Virus record (IMG/VR): IMGVR_UViG_3300049491_000850
Coordinates: 1 to 64,000 of that record
Reading direction: 5' to 3' (one strand)
Source: a virus
DNA: 64,000 nt
The stretch's first letter is position 1. Each line of letters starts with the position of its first letter. The translations under genes were made by a program, and so were the position numbers. Below the pieces are notes generated by a model that searched no databases, was not told the DNA's origin, and was given only the letters and a program-made list of their open reading frames with translations. Below are positions 9,293 through 18,802 of this stretch, piece by piece.

Positions 9293-11212
9293 ATGGCAGA
9301 AACAAACAATAAGAAAACGATCTACCAAAACCTAAATAACTTCCTTAATTTGGACGGTGCAGGGTTATCGGCAAGCGATTTTCAAACTAATCCAGAGGAA
9401 AAGATACTTTTAAAGGCTGAAAATCCTCAAGACTTACGAGTTAAAGCACTCGAACTTCAACAGAAAGAAGTCGTTTTCGACAAATTCTTTAAGATTCAAC
9501 AGGCTGGTTTCCAAAAGGCGATGCAGTATGAAGCAGCACGTCTTCCTGCGTACATCGACTATGAAGGTATGGAATACTACCCACTTATCGCAAGTGCCTT
9601 GGATTTGCTTATGGAGGAATCCACAACCATCGGTGACGATGGAAAAATGCTTCGCATTTATTCAAAGAAAGAAAGAATCAAAGAAATATTGGAAGAGTTC
9701 TTCTACGGAACTTTGAACATCAACGTTAACCTTCCATTCTGGACAAGAAACTTGGTGAAGTACGGAGACAACTTCGTTTACTTACTTGGTGAAAAGGGTA
9801 AGGGTATCCGTTATGCAAGACAATTGGTTAATTACGACATGGAGCGTAAGGACGAATTCAAAGACAAAAAAGTTAGAACAATTTTCAAGAACCGTATTAC
9901 TGGTGACGAATTCAATCTATTCGAAATTGCCCATTTTAGATTACTTGGTGATGACAAATTTTTACCCTACGGTTCTTCTATCTTAAATAAGGTTCGTAGA
10001 GTGTTCAGACAGTTGATCATGGCAGAAGATGCTATGTTAACTTACCGTATTCTTCGTGCGGGTGAAAAGAGAGTATTCAAAGTTGACGTTGGTAACTTGG
10101 ATGATAAAGACATTGAAGCATACGTATTACGTGTAGCAGAGAAGTTTAAGAAACAACCACAAGTTTACAGAAACAACGGACAGATCGATTATAGATTTAA
10201 CATCCTTGGTAACGATGAAGACATCTTCATGCCAGTACGTGATGGTAAGTCAACCGTTATCGAAACATTACCGGGTGCAACCAATTTGGATGCTATCCAA
10301 GATATTACTTACTTGAGAGATAACTTATTCTCTGGTCTTGGTATTCCAAAACCATTCTTAGGTTTCCAAGGTTCTGCTGGTGAAGGTAAGAACTTGGCAC
10401 AGATGGATGTTCGTTTTGCTAAGAAAGTAAACCGTATTCAACAAGCCCTTATTCAGGAATTGAATAAGATGGCGATCATTCACTTGTACTTGAAAGGATT
10501 CGAAGACGATCTTCATGAATTCAGTTTGTCATTAACAAACCCTTCAACACAAGCGGATAAATTAAAAACAGAAACATTACAAGCGAAAGTTCAATTATAC
10601 AACGACTTAACAAGAACCGAAAGTTCTGGTATCGCTGCTGCCTCACATACTTGGGCAAAGAGAAACATATTCAACTGGTCAGATAAGGAAATCATGGAAG
10701 ACCTTAAAAACCAGAGAATGGAGAGAGCAATTTCAGTTGAATTGCAAGACACAGGAACATACATTCCTAAGACTGGTATCTTTGATACTGTCGATAAGAA
10801 GTATGGTACAACCAATCCGTTACCTGCTGCCGTTCCGGGCACACCTGCTGGTGGTGCTCCTGCGGAACCGGGTGAAGGTGCTGACACAGGAAATCCACCA
10901 CCGGAGGCTGGCGCAACTAATGCACCACAATCGGTTGGCGCGTTACCTGAACCTGCTGGTGCTCCTGCTGCTGGTGGTGCTCCATTACAAGAAAATTCTA
11001 AACCTAAGATGAATGAAAATTCATTTGAAGAGAAATTACAGATGCTTGTCGGTATGAAAAACAGACCACAAGATTCTGATAGTGAGGGTAGTGCCGATTC
11101 TTTATCAAAACGAGCAAAAGACCTGAATAAGGACGCTAAAAAAATGATAAACGAAATCGATCAAATGATACTAAAGGAAAATGAAGATAAGGACAATTCT
11201 TCAAGCAAATAG
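9293..11212 (+). CDS. Portal protein (T4 gp20-like)
   Basis: MAEDAMLTYRILRAGEKRVFKVDVGNL, EDIFMPVR, IETLPGATNL, FAKKVNRIQ; follows TerL. Confidence 0.95.
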   Translation: MAETNNKKTIYQNLNNFLNLDGAGLSASDFQTNPEEKILLKAENPQDLRVKALELQQKEVVFDKFFKIQQAGFQKAMQYEAARLPAYIDYEGMEYYPLIASALDLLMEESTTIGDDGKMLRIYSKKERIKEILEEFFYGTLNINVNLPFWTRNLVKYGDNFVYLLGEKGKGIRYARQLVNYDMERKDEFKDKKVRTIFKNRITGDEFNLFEIAHFRLLGDDKFLPYGSSILNKVRRVFRQLIMAEDAMLTYRILRAGEKRVFKVDVGNLDDKDIEAYVLRVAEKFKKQPQVYRNNGQIDYRFNILGNDEDIFMPVRDGKSTVIETLPGATNLDAIQDITYLRDNLFSGLGIPKPFLGFQGSAGEGKNLAQMDVRFAKKVNRIQQALIQELNKMAIIHLYLKGFEDDLHEFSLSLTNPSTQADKLKTETLQAKVQLYNDLTRTESSGIAAASHTWAKRNIFNWSDKEIMEDLKNQRMERAISVELQDTGTYIPKTGIFDTVDKKYGTTNPLPAAVPGTPAGGAPAEPGEGADTGNPPPEAGATNAPQSVGALPEPAGAPAAGGAPLQENSKPKMNENSFEEKLQMLVGMKNRPQDSDSEGSADSLSKRAKDLNKDAKKMINEIDQMILKENEDKDNSSSK

Positions 11213-11214
11213 TA

Positions 11215-11223
11215 GTATTTATA
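11215..11223 (+). promoter_or_regulatory. Late promoter motif GTATTTATA
   Basis: Between portal stop and ATG 11240. Confidence 0.75.
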
Positions 11224-11239
11224 GAAAACTTTCGGGATT

Positions 11240-12070
11240 ATGTCAAAGTACAATTTGGGTATTGTTAAAACTTCAATTTTAGGCAATTTGAATGAATCTG
11301 CTACGATTAAGCAGTTTGTCGGTCTGTTAAAAGAATCAAATCTTTTAAAGTTGGAATTTTCCATCTTTGACAACATCGAAAAAATGCACATCGTGAATGA
11401 GGATTTGGCTATCAAGTACATTGACGAGAACGTTAAGTTGTTGAAAGATGCTGGTTATACCAAAGAATTATTCGAAGCAGAAAACAAAAAATTCCTTCCT
11501 CTTATAGAAGGTGTTCAGTTCGTAACTACCGATAAAAAGGAACTATACGAAAAGACTCATACTTTACTCTATGAAAGTTTAAGTGGTAAGAAAGTCACTA
11601 ACGTTAACAAACTTCATGAAGCATTTTCATACGTTTTAGAATACATCAAGAATAACGACAAGAAACCTGTTGTTGAAACCGTTGAACTTCCTTCTACATT
11701 GAAGGATGTTGCGATCAATGAATTCATCGTGAAAACATCAATCCACGAATTCAATGAAAAATACGGTAAGTTACTTTCAGATGATGAAATGACTATTTTC
11801 AAATCAATCGTTGACAATTCTGTTGATTCACAAAGATCAACCTTTGCTACATTGAGAGAAAGTACAGTTACTTCATTGAAGAATTACTTATCTGAGTTGA
11901 GTGCAAAAGATAAGAGTAACACACCTATTCATGAACAAAGAGAACTTGATGAATACATCGACAAAACAATGAGTACCATTGCTAATGTCGAAAAACTTCC
12001 ATTCAACGAATCTACATATATGAAAGATGTCCTTGATCTTGTTGGTCTTAAAAACGATTTAAGCAACTAA
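11240..12070 (+). CDS. Helical head-module protein of unknown function
   Basis: Late motif upstream; follows portal; LNE/INE/FNE sites. Confidence 0.65.
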   Translation: MSKYNLGIVKTSILGNLNESATIKQFVGLLKESNLLKLEFSIFDNIEKMHIVNEDLAIKYIDENVKLLKDAGYTKELFEAENKKFLPLIEGVQFVTTDKKELYEKTHTLLYESLSGKKVTNVNKLHEAFSYVLEYIKNNDKKPVVETVELPSTLKDVAINEFIVKTSIHEFNEKYGKLLSDDEMTIFKSIVDNSVDSQRSTFATLRESTVTSLKNYLSELSAKDKSNTPIHEQRELDEYIDKTMSTIANVEKLPFNESTYMKDVLDLVGLKNDLSN

Positions 12071-13429
12071 AGGAATTTTATTCCCTTCAACTTTTGTTGG
12101 ATCAGTTCCATACGTATTCTGAGCAAGTGTTTTACACTCGTTAATTGTATATCTGTTTCCAAGATCGAAGTGAACCTGATCGCTAAACGTACCACCCCAT
12201 CTCAATCCTAATTTAGTTGCAATATCAACTACGCCTGTTTGTTTCCATTCGGCTATACTTTTATTGAAACTATAGTATAGACCATCTACCTTTGTACTGT
12301 AAATAGCAATATCAAGCGCAAGTCCATAGTTATGGTAACTACTTCCGGGATTTGAAGCCGGACGTGGTGGAATCATTGCACTATTTTCTCTCTTAATTCT
12401 TTCTTGTTCAGCAAATGTTCTGTAACCACTTGTGATTTGAACTTTAAATGGTGTTTGGTGTTCAACATTGTAAATGAATTGTCTAAACGTATCCTGCGCT
12501 ACTGGATGAAGTTGTTGAACCTTCTTTTCCTGTGCTTGTGTTAATGGAAAATCTCCACTTATCAAAACAGTCTGACTCAAGTTACGATAATTCACATCTG
12601 CTTGAGTGAAATCAATTTCGTATCCAAAACCAACAGGAATGAATGGCTCCTTACCTGCAAGGAGATTGAATATACGATTCACATAACCAATTCCTTCTTT
12701 GATATAATCACTTCCATACTTCTTTTGAGTCTTATCAATCAATTCATCATATGATTGTGATCTCAAATAACCACCTCTATTGTATGCGAACAATGAAGAC
12801 GCTGCAAGATTGTTATTTCTTTCACCAATAAAGTCCATGATATAGCACTGTGCTTTAATCATGATTCTTGGGTTATTGATAATATTTTGAAATAGTATTG
12901 ATCTATTGTTTTTTGCAAGTGCAGATGTTTCTTTTGTTGAAACAATTGTCTTATCTCTGGTACTGTAGTTTGGAATGATACTTCTGATGTCTGTGGTATC
13001 CCCTACAACATTGGTTGTCAGGATTTCAATCTCAGTCTCGAACTCATGTACGTTTTTAATGATCGTATCAAAGAATGCAGTGTCAATAAATTGGGTAACA
13101 CCCATAGCACCACCATTAGAATAAATCCATAGGTTGTATCCACTCTCTGCAAATGACTGTGCAGCAATAATATTCGCATCCAAAAGATAATCTTTAGAAT
13201 ATCTATTAAACCAACTTATAAGATTTTTTGCTAACTCTTGTGGAGTGGTAATTGGTTTGTTTGCTTCATCCACAGGAGTAGCAGTATAAACCGTAGTAGT
13301 TGGGTTATTGCTTTTTGGTAAAGAAAAATCACGTTTGCCAGCAAAACGATTATCTCCAAACGCACCTTTAGCCAAACATCTGTTAAGAACAAATTCTTCT
13401 CCTTTTTTTGTAAGTGGTTTAAATGCCAT
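12059..13429 (-). CDS. Bifunctional murein hydrolase: SLT/lysozyme-like plus M15 peptidase
   Basis: SLT motifs AQSFAESGYN, GAMGVTQF, AYNRG; M15 motifs SGYRT, SYHNYGLALD, WGG.F.DQVHF. Confidence 0.85.
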   Translation of the reverse strand: MAFKPLTKKGEEFVLNRCLAKGAFGDNRFAGKRDFSLPKSNNPTTTVYTATPVDEANKPITTPQELAKNLISWFNRYSKDYLLDANIIAAQSFAESGYNLWIYSNGGAMGVTQFIDTAFFDTIIKNVHEFETEIEILTTNVVGDTTDIRSIIPNYSTRDKTIVSTKETSALAKNNRSILFQNIINNPRIMIKAQCYIMDFIGERNNNLAASSLFAYNRGGYLRSQSYDELIDKTQKKYGSDYIKEGIGYVNRIFNLLAGKEPFIPVGFGYEIDFTQADVNYRNLSQTVLISGDFPLTQAQEKKVQQLHPVAQDTFRQFIYNVEHQTPFKVQITSGYRTFAEQERIKRENSAMIPPRPASNPGSSYHNYGLALDIAIYSTKVDGLYYSFNKSIAEWKQTGVVDIATKLGLRWGGTFSDQVHFDLGNRYTINECKTLAQNTYGTDPTKVEGNKIPLVA

Positions 13430-13430
13430 A

Positions 13431-16400
13431 TTATTGTTGCGGACTTATTAATCTTCCGGTCATATCATTGGTTATTGGTGGATTCGTAGGGAATACACTT
13501 GTATTCGGGAATCCAGCACTACCAGTACTATTAGGGTTATTTCTATTTGTGCCATCACCAGCAGTAACACCCGCTTGATTAACAACACCATTTGTAATTG
13601 CATCACTATCGCCAGATTTAACACCAGCAGACGTAGAAAATTCAGTTACAAGTGGATTAGGATTTGTTCTTACTCTCACACCACTGAAATTAGTTTTCAT
13701 TGAGTTAGGAATAATATCATGCTCCACATCTAAAATTAAATACGCACCATTAAACATTGGAACATTCTCCAATAGGAAGTATTGGGTCGGCTGAATCATC
13801 ATATTCCCAAATCCTTGAACTTTACAGGTGTAACTTCTTTGCTCATACGTTGAGAACAAATTCTGTCCTTTTGGTACTGGCGATGATGCACTCTGATCTT
13901 GGGCAATCTCAGAAAGAATTGCAAGACTTTCGTTAGTCTCTTTGTGTTCGTTAGTATTCAATTCAATGCTCGTGAACATACTTTGATTTTGTCTTGCAAA
14001 ACCAACTTTAAATCCTTTCACATTGTTTACGTTATAATCTGGACTTCTCAATAAAGCATTTTCATCTTTGAAACCATCATCTTCGAATCCACTTAATGCG
14101 TCATCCAATTGTGATGACGTTCCACCAATATACATACAGATGAATGCTGGTGACTGACTTAATATTAATTCTCTCGAACTTCCATAAGTCTTAAATGATT
14201 TCTGCCATTCGTCCTGTTGGAAGTTAAGGAAGTTTTGTATTGGAAAGAATTCGAAACCATTTAACGCAAGTATTCTCGCCAATACACTAAAGACACTAAC
14301 ATCATAATCCTGTGACAATTCTACGATTGGTCTAAAATCAATAATCACTTTGTCTCCAATATCATTAAAGAATCTATCGATGAATAAGAATTCGTCTTGT
14401 GAATGATCTGCATTATCGCTCAGGTCAATCATATGTTTCCCACCAGCACCATAAGTAAATGTACTGTCCAATCCAACTATCCACTTATCAGCGATTGCTT
14501 TGAATGAATAATAGGTTTGTGTTTTGATGTCGTTATCTTGAATACTCTGTTGAAAATTAGCTTCAATCTTATTTAAATTTTGTTTCTTTTCTTCACAAAG
14601 TTTTATAACTTCTTTGAAGAACTGTCCAAAATAATTGTCGTTAATATTTTTATATGTTGAGATTTGATTTAATTCCTTTATAGGAACAAAGTTATTAACC
14701 GGGAGTGTTGATAATCCACCATCAGTCATATTTGTCGGTAAAAAGGTAATCTCAGTATAGTTTAATAAATATTGTTTTTGAATATACTTAACAAGTATTG
14801 AACTATAGTCCGTTTCAGTTTGTGAATTCAAATCACCTGCTGGTTCTAATCTACGTTGATATTGTTTTTTCTTCAATTCAACATCGGTAAGATTCAATGC
14901 TTGCACCTCAGTAATTAAAGAAAGGATTTTGGCATTAAGAGAATTGAAACCATTCTCATTTGTGGCAGATATAAAATCAACAAAATTACTTACCAAAAGA
15001 TCAACATCGTTTTTTGCAATGTTATTAATGTAAGTGCTATAAATATCAGCAGACAATCCTATTCCATATTTCTCTTTTGTATAGTCAATTGAAACGTCTG
15101 TTGCTGGTGGTGTTGGGAAATCGGTATTATAGAAATACGCATACGCACCCATGTTTAGGTGTGCAAATTTAGGTACTTCAATAACAGCAGGAAGTGCGAA
15201 TTTTTTATTTACCTCTGAATGGTAGTATGTCAATGAACCGCATAAACTACTCAATGTTATAAATGCTTTAATGTCAGTAGTAACAAGTGGGTCACTCAAT
15301 AGTGCTTTGAATTTCGCATCACTATAACCTAATCCAATTATGAATCTATCAAGTAGAGTGTTATCACCAGTAGTAATACCTAACACCTTTTTATTTTCAA
15401 TAAAATCACTATCGTATTTAGCACTATCCTCAGTGGCTTCGTCTTTAATGTACGCAATATTTTGTTTTGTAAAATCACTAAATCCGTGAGAGTCGAATAT
15501 TAAATTATTAATAATACCATCATCACCAACTTTATCGATAAATTCTTCAACAACGTTTACCTGACCATCTGATTCAGTTGAAGTACCTCCATTTGATTTG
15601 TTTCTCAATACAGGTTGACTGAACAACATCTCAAATCCATGATAGTCTTCATTTGCTCTGTTCTTAGTGATCTTTTGACCATTTATTAAAAGATAAGCAT
15701 CACCATGCACTGGATCGATTTGATCATCGAAATTAGCATAATGACTTGCACTTGATTCCAATGCAGTATAGAAACCATTAATATTTTTACCCCACTCAGT
15801 AGCTTGTGTTTCTAATGAACTTAATAATGTTGCGTCAACCATTGAGTTAACCAAATTAGTTGCTTCTGCTTGTGCAACATATTTAACAAGATCATCATTC
15901 TTGGTATTAATGTCAACACCTAAAAATTTGAAAAATTGAGATACAGCAGCAGCATCTGGTTTATAGTATAGATAAGCATAGCTATATTGACTTGCGATAT
16001 AGTAACGATTAATAAGTTCATTCACAACGGATTTTTCACTTGGTGATCCAATTACCTTGTATGTATTTTTGTATGGTGAATCAGCATTTAATCTACCATT
16101 TACAACAGAGTCTAAAGGATTCACTGGCAACCATTTATTATTACCGTCCTGATCAACACTCTCCTTTAGGTTTTCAATTTGCTCACTCTTAATAATATTT
16201 AAAAATGTGGTTATAAAATTTTCTACAAATTCAACTTCCGGGAAATATACATCTTCAAATCCAAGACCACTTTCGCCCGGATACGCACGTTCAGTTCTTG
16301 TAATTGTATTTCCACCAGAAGTACTATCGTTCACACTTGTAGTTTTAAGAACTAACGGAAAAGCGGATATGAAATCCTTTTTCGTGTTGTTGTTGGATAC

Positions 16401-17897
16401 AATTTGAGCAAAATTATTTTTATGTTCAGTTTCTGCTGCTTCACATACACCTCTTAAATCACCAAAAACAGTTTCAACATCATTGGTTATAATACCAAAC
16501 ACGTTACGTATAGTTGGAACAAATCCAAGGGTTCTGGTTGCAATGTCATTTATCTTATCCTTGAATGCTTTATTCTTGGTCGCATAGTCTTGCTGTTTAC
16601 CAACCAAATCCTGTCTTACTTGTGTGTAAAGTTTTGTAATATCAAGACCGATGAATTTTTGTCCTTTGAATGGTTGAAGATCATTCTCATTAAGTAACTT
16701 AATTGAATCGTCTTTGATGTCTGAGTTGACACGTTGTGCTTCTCTCAATAAATTATTACGCAATGATTTTGATACGTCTTTTATCTGCTGCATTTTGGCA
16801 GCACTTAAACTCTGATCAATCTTATTTGGTTTTTCAGCATACGAATAAAGTAAACATAATCTCTGATTGAAATTAACGTCATTAACTTCGTCTGGACTGA
16901 AACCCTTTATAGCATTATCATAAGTCAGTAACTTATCAATTTTTCTAATTGCTTGTGAATCATTCGTAGATGCATCAGAACCCGGTTCAGGACTATACGT
17001 ACCTGCCATGTTAAAGATGTGCATGTTAAAGTTAGTCTGTAAATCCGTGTTCACAAACGTCTTAAAATTTGCAATCTGATTAATTAATATTTGTGTTTCA
17101 GTGAAACCATCTTTAATCTCATTCAATTTGGATGCTTCTGCTGAATCAACTTTGAACTGATCAATATCATCGTAGAGTTTTTTGGCTCTAGTAATTAACT
17201 CTCTCGTATTCTTTGGTTTCTGTGCATAATTAAAATCAACACCAATGTTTGATTCACCACCCGGTGTAACTCCTTCTTTCATCAAAGGCATAATATCTAC
17301 ATACTTAAATAAGATGTCAGTTAACGGTGCATAACGTTGAGCAACAAAATTAGCATTGATGAAATAGTTTCCACTTGTCGCATCAAATCTCGTGTTCTGT
17401 TTTACAAGGTGAAGATTATATTTAATAGCCTTTCCATAGTATCCTTTAACAGTCAATTTAAAAATTGGTGGTGGGAAGCTATATATAACAGAGTACGGAC
17501 TTTTAGTTCCTAACGTTATTAATGACAAACCTTTGATGTCAACAAATTCAATATCAACAATAGGCATGTAACTGCTATTGGTTTTTATGTGAATGTTAGT
17601 TATACCAAAACCTTCAAAGGGAGTTGCTTTTGTTCCATCAAGTGTGTTTGTCCATTTCGTGGTGTATTGACCGGACTCGTTGTCAAATCCCATCAAATTT
17701 ATTTTGACTGCATCTTCGGCAGAATCAAGAGTAGTTCTACCCACACCATTACTGGTAAGGATGCTTGCACCTCTTCGTTCTGCGGTTAATTCAGCAAAAA
17801 TGAACATATCCGAATAATCGGGAGAAGCATTTAAACCCAAGTTTACAAGGGAACCAGATGCATTAATGTCGTTAGGATCGATAATATTTGTCGCCAT
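13431..17897 (-). CDS. Large baseplate hub-like tail protein
   Basis: N-terminal FGITNIHIK...PPPIFKLTVKGYYG; C-terminal RSYTCKVQGFGNMMIQPTQYFLLENVPMFNGAYLILDVEHDI resembles gp27/GPD hub C-termini; late motif upstream. Confidence 0.65.
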   Translation of the reverse strand: MATNIIDPNDINASGSLVNLGLNASPDYSDMFIFAELTAERRGASILTSNGVGRTTLDSAEDAVKINLMGFDNESGQYTTKWTNTLDGTKATPFEGFGITNIHIKTNSSYMPIVDIEFVDIKGLSLITLGTKSPYSVIYSFPPPIFKLTVKGYYGKAIKYNLHLVKQNTRFDATSGNYFINANFVAQRYAPLTDILFKYVDIMPLMKEGVTPGGESNIGVDFNYAQKPKNTRELITRAKKLYDDIDQFKVDSAEASKLNEIKDGFTETQILINQIANFKTFVNTDLQTNFNMHIFNMAGTYSPEPGSDASTNDSQAIRKIDKLLTYDNAIKGFSPDEVNDVNFNQRLCLLYSYAEKPNKIDQSLSAAKMQQIKDVSKSLRNNLLREAQRVNSDIKDDSIKLLNENDLQPFKGQKFIGLDITKLYTQVRQDLVGKQQDYATKNKAFKDKINDIATRTLGFVPTIRNVFGIITNDVETVFGDLRGVCEAAETEHKNNFAQIVSNNNTKKDFISAFPLVLKTTSVNDSTSGGNTITRTERAYPGESGLGFEDVYFPEVEFVENFITTFLNIIKSEQIENLKESVDQDGNNKWLPVNPLDSVVNGRLNADSPYKNTYKVIGSPSEKSVVNELINRYYIASQYSYAYLYYKPDAAAVSQFFKFLGVDINTKNDDLVKYVAQAEATNLVNSMVDATLLSSLETQATEWGKNINGFYTALESSASHYANFDDQIDPVHGDAYLLINGQKITKNRANEDYHGFEMLFSQPVLRNKSNGGTSTESDGQVNVVEEFIDKVGDDGIINNLIFDSHGFSDFTKQNIAYIKDEATEDSAKYDSDFIENKKVLGITTGDNTLLDRFIIGLGYSDAKFKALLSDPLVTTDIKAFITLSSLCGSLTYYHSEVNKKFALPAVIEVPKFAHLNMGAYAYFYNTDFPTPPATDVSIDYTKEKYGIGLSADIYSTYINNIAKNDVDLLVSNFVDFISATNENGFNSLNAKILSLITEVQALNLTDVELKKKQYQRRLEPAGDLNSQTETDYSSILVKYIQKQYLLNYTEITFLPTNMTDGGLSTLPVNNFVPIKELNQISTYKNINDNYFGQFFKEVIKLCEEKKQNLNKIEANFQQSIQDNDIKTQTYYSFKAIADKWIVGLDSTFTYGAGGKHMIDLSDNADHSQDEFLFIDRFFNDIGDKVIIDFRPIVELSQDYDVSVFSVLARILALNGFEFFPIQNFLNFQQDEWQKSFKTYGSSRELILSQSPAFICMYIGGTSSQLDDALSGFEDDGFKDENALLRSPDYNVNNVKGFKVGFARQNQSMFTSIELNTNEHKETNESLAILSEIAQDQSASSPVPKGQNLFSTYEQRSYTCKVQGFGNMMIQPTQYFLLENVPMFNGAYLILDVEHDIIPNSMKTNFSGVRVRTNPNPLVTEFSTSAGVKSGDSDAITNGVVNQAGVTAGDGTNRNNPNSTGSAGFPNTSVFPTNPPITNDMTGRLISPQQ

Positions 17898-17905
17898 AGT
17901 ATACT

Positions 17906-17914
17906 CATAAATAG
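17906..17914 (-). promoter_or_regulatory. Late promoter motif CTATTTATG
   Basis: 8 nt upstream of ATG 17897. Confidence 0.65.
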
Positions 17915-17932
17915 TAATTAGGCTTTTTTCAA

Positions 17933-17941
17933 CTATTTATT
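17933..17941 (+). promoter_or_regulatory. Late promoter motif CTATTTATT
   Basis: Upstream of the protease gene. Confidence 0.65.
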
Positions 17942-17979
17942 TGAAAACCCTAACACAATCAACAAATATATCGAAAAAG

Positions 17980-18708
17980 ATGCTTAGAACGAAGAATATT
18001 AGAGAAGCAAAAATTCTACAAAATGGTGATAGTGGTTTTGGTTTGCTTATCGAAAGCGATGCTGGTTATCTTGACAAATCTCTTAATAAAGATTTAGTCG
18101 ATAAACTGCTTAGTGAAGGATACCAAATCAAAGAGAACGAACCTGTTCTTGTAAACTGCATTCTACAGAAGTGGGGAGTGAAGAATAAGAATGGTAGAAT
18201 CTATCCGAAGGACGTATTAGTTCCAGAGGTTGGAAGATATATGGAGGTAGTCGAACTCGGTTCAGCTATTTCAGAAGCGGATCACCCTGAGAACTCAGTA
18301 GTATCGTTACATAACGTAGCACACATGATTAAGAAAATGTGGTGGGGTACTGGCGAGAATCAAAACGTATTATACGGAACACTTGAAATCATCACATCAC
18401 CGGGATACCATAAATATGGTGTTTGTAGTATGGTCGGAGACAAGATTGTTGAGTATTTAAAGAGAGGTATCCGTTTAGGTATATCTAGTAGAGGGGTTGG
18501 ATCATTGAAAGAAATTGCAGGTGAGAACATAGTTCAGAAAGATTTTGAACTTATATGTTTTGACTTAGTAGCTTCTCCAAGTACTCCGGGAGCATATTTA
18601 TTTCCAGAGAATCCAAGTGTAATGAAAGAACAAGTTGTTACTAAAGGTGGTATTATCACCGAAAGACATAAAAAAATAATGAATGGGATGAACAGATTTC
18701 TTCTGTAA
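17980..18708 (+). CDS. Prohead protease (T4 gp21-like)
   Basis: KNKNGRIYP, EADHP, GISSRGVGS, FDLVASPSTPGAY; ATG 17980 preferred because the promoter overlaps TTG 17941. Confidence 0.95.
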   Translation: MLRTKNIREAKILQNGDSGFGLLIESDAGYLDKSLNKDLVDKLLSEGYQIKENEPVLVNCILQKWGVKNKNGRIYPKDVLVPEVGRYMEVVELGSAISEADHPENSVVSLHNVAHMIKKMWWGTGENQNVLYGTLEIITSPGYHKYGVCSMVGDKIVEYLKRGIRLGISSRGVGSLKEIAGENIVQKDFELICFDLVASPSTPGAYLFPENPSVMKEQVVTKGGIITERHKKIMNGMNRFLL

Positions 18709-18761
18709 GTCCGATTTTTTACGGTAAACAATAAAAATTTATACTTTTCAAAAAATGGATC

Positions 18762-18770
18762 GTATTTATT
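18762..18770 (+). promoter_or_regulatory. Late promoter motif GTATTTATT
   Basis: Upstream of the scaffold-MCP operon. Confidence 0.7.
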
Positions 18771-18802
18771 AATAACTCAAAAACGCAAAAAGTTTTTAGG
18801 AT

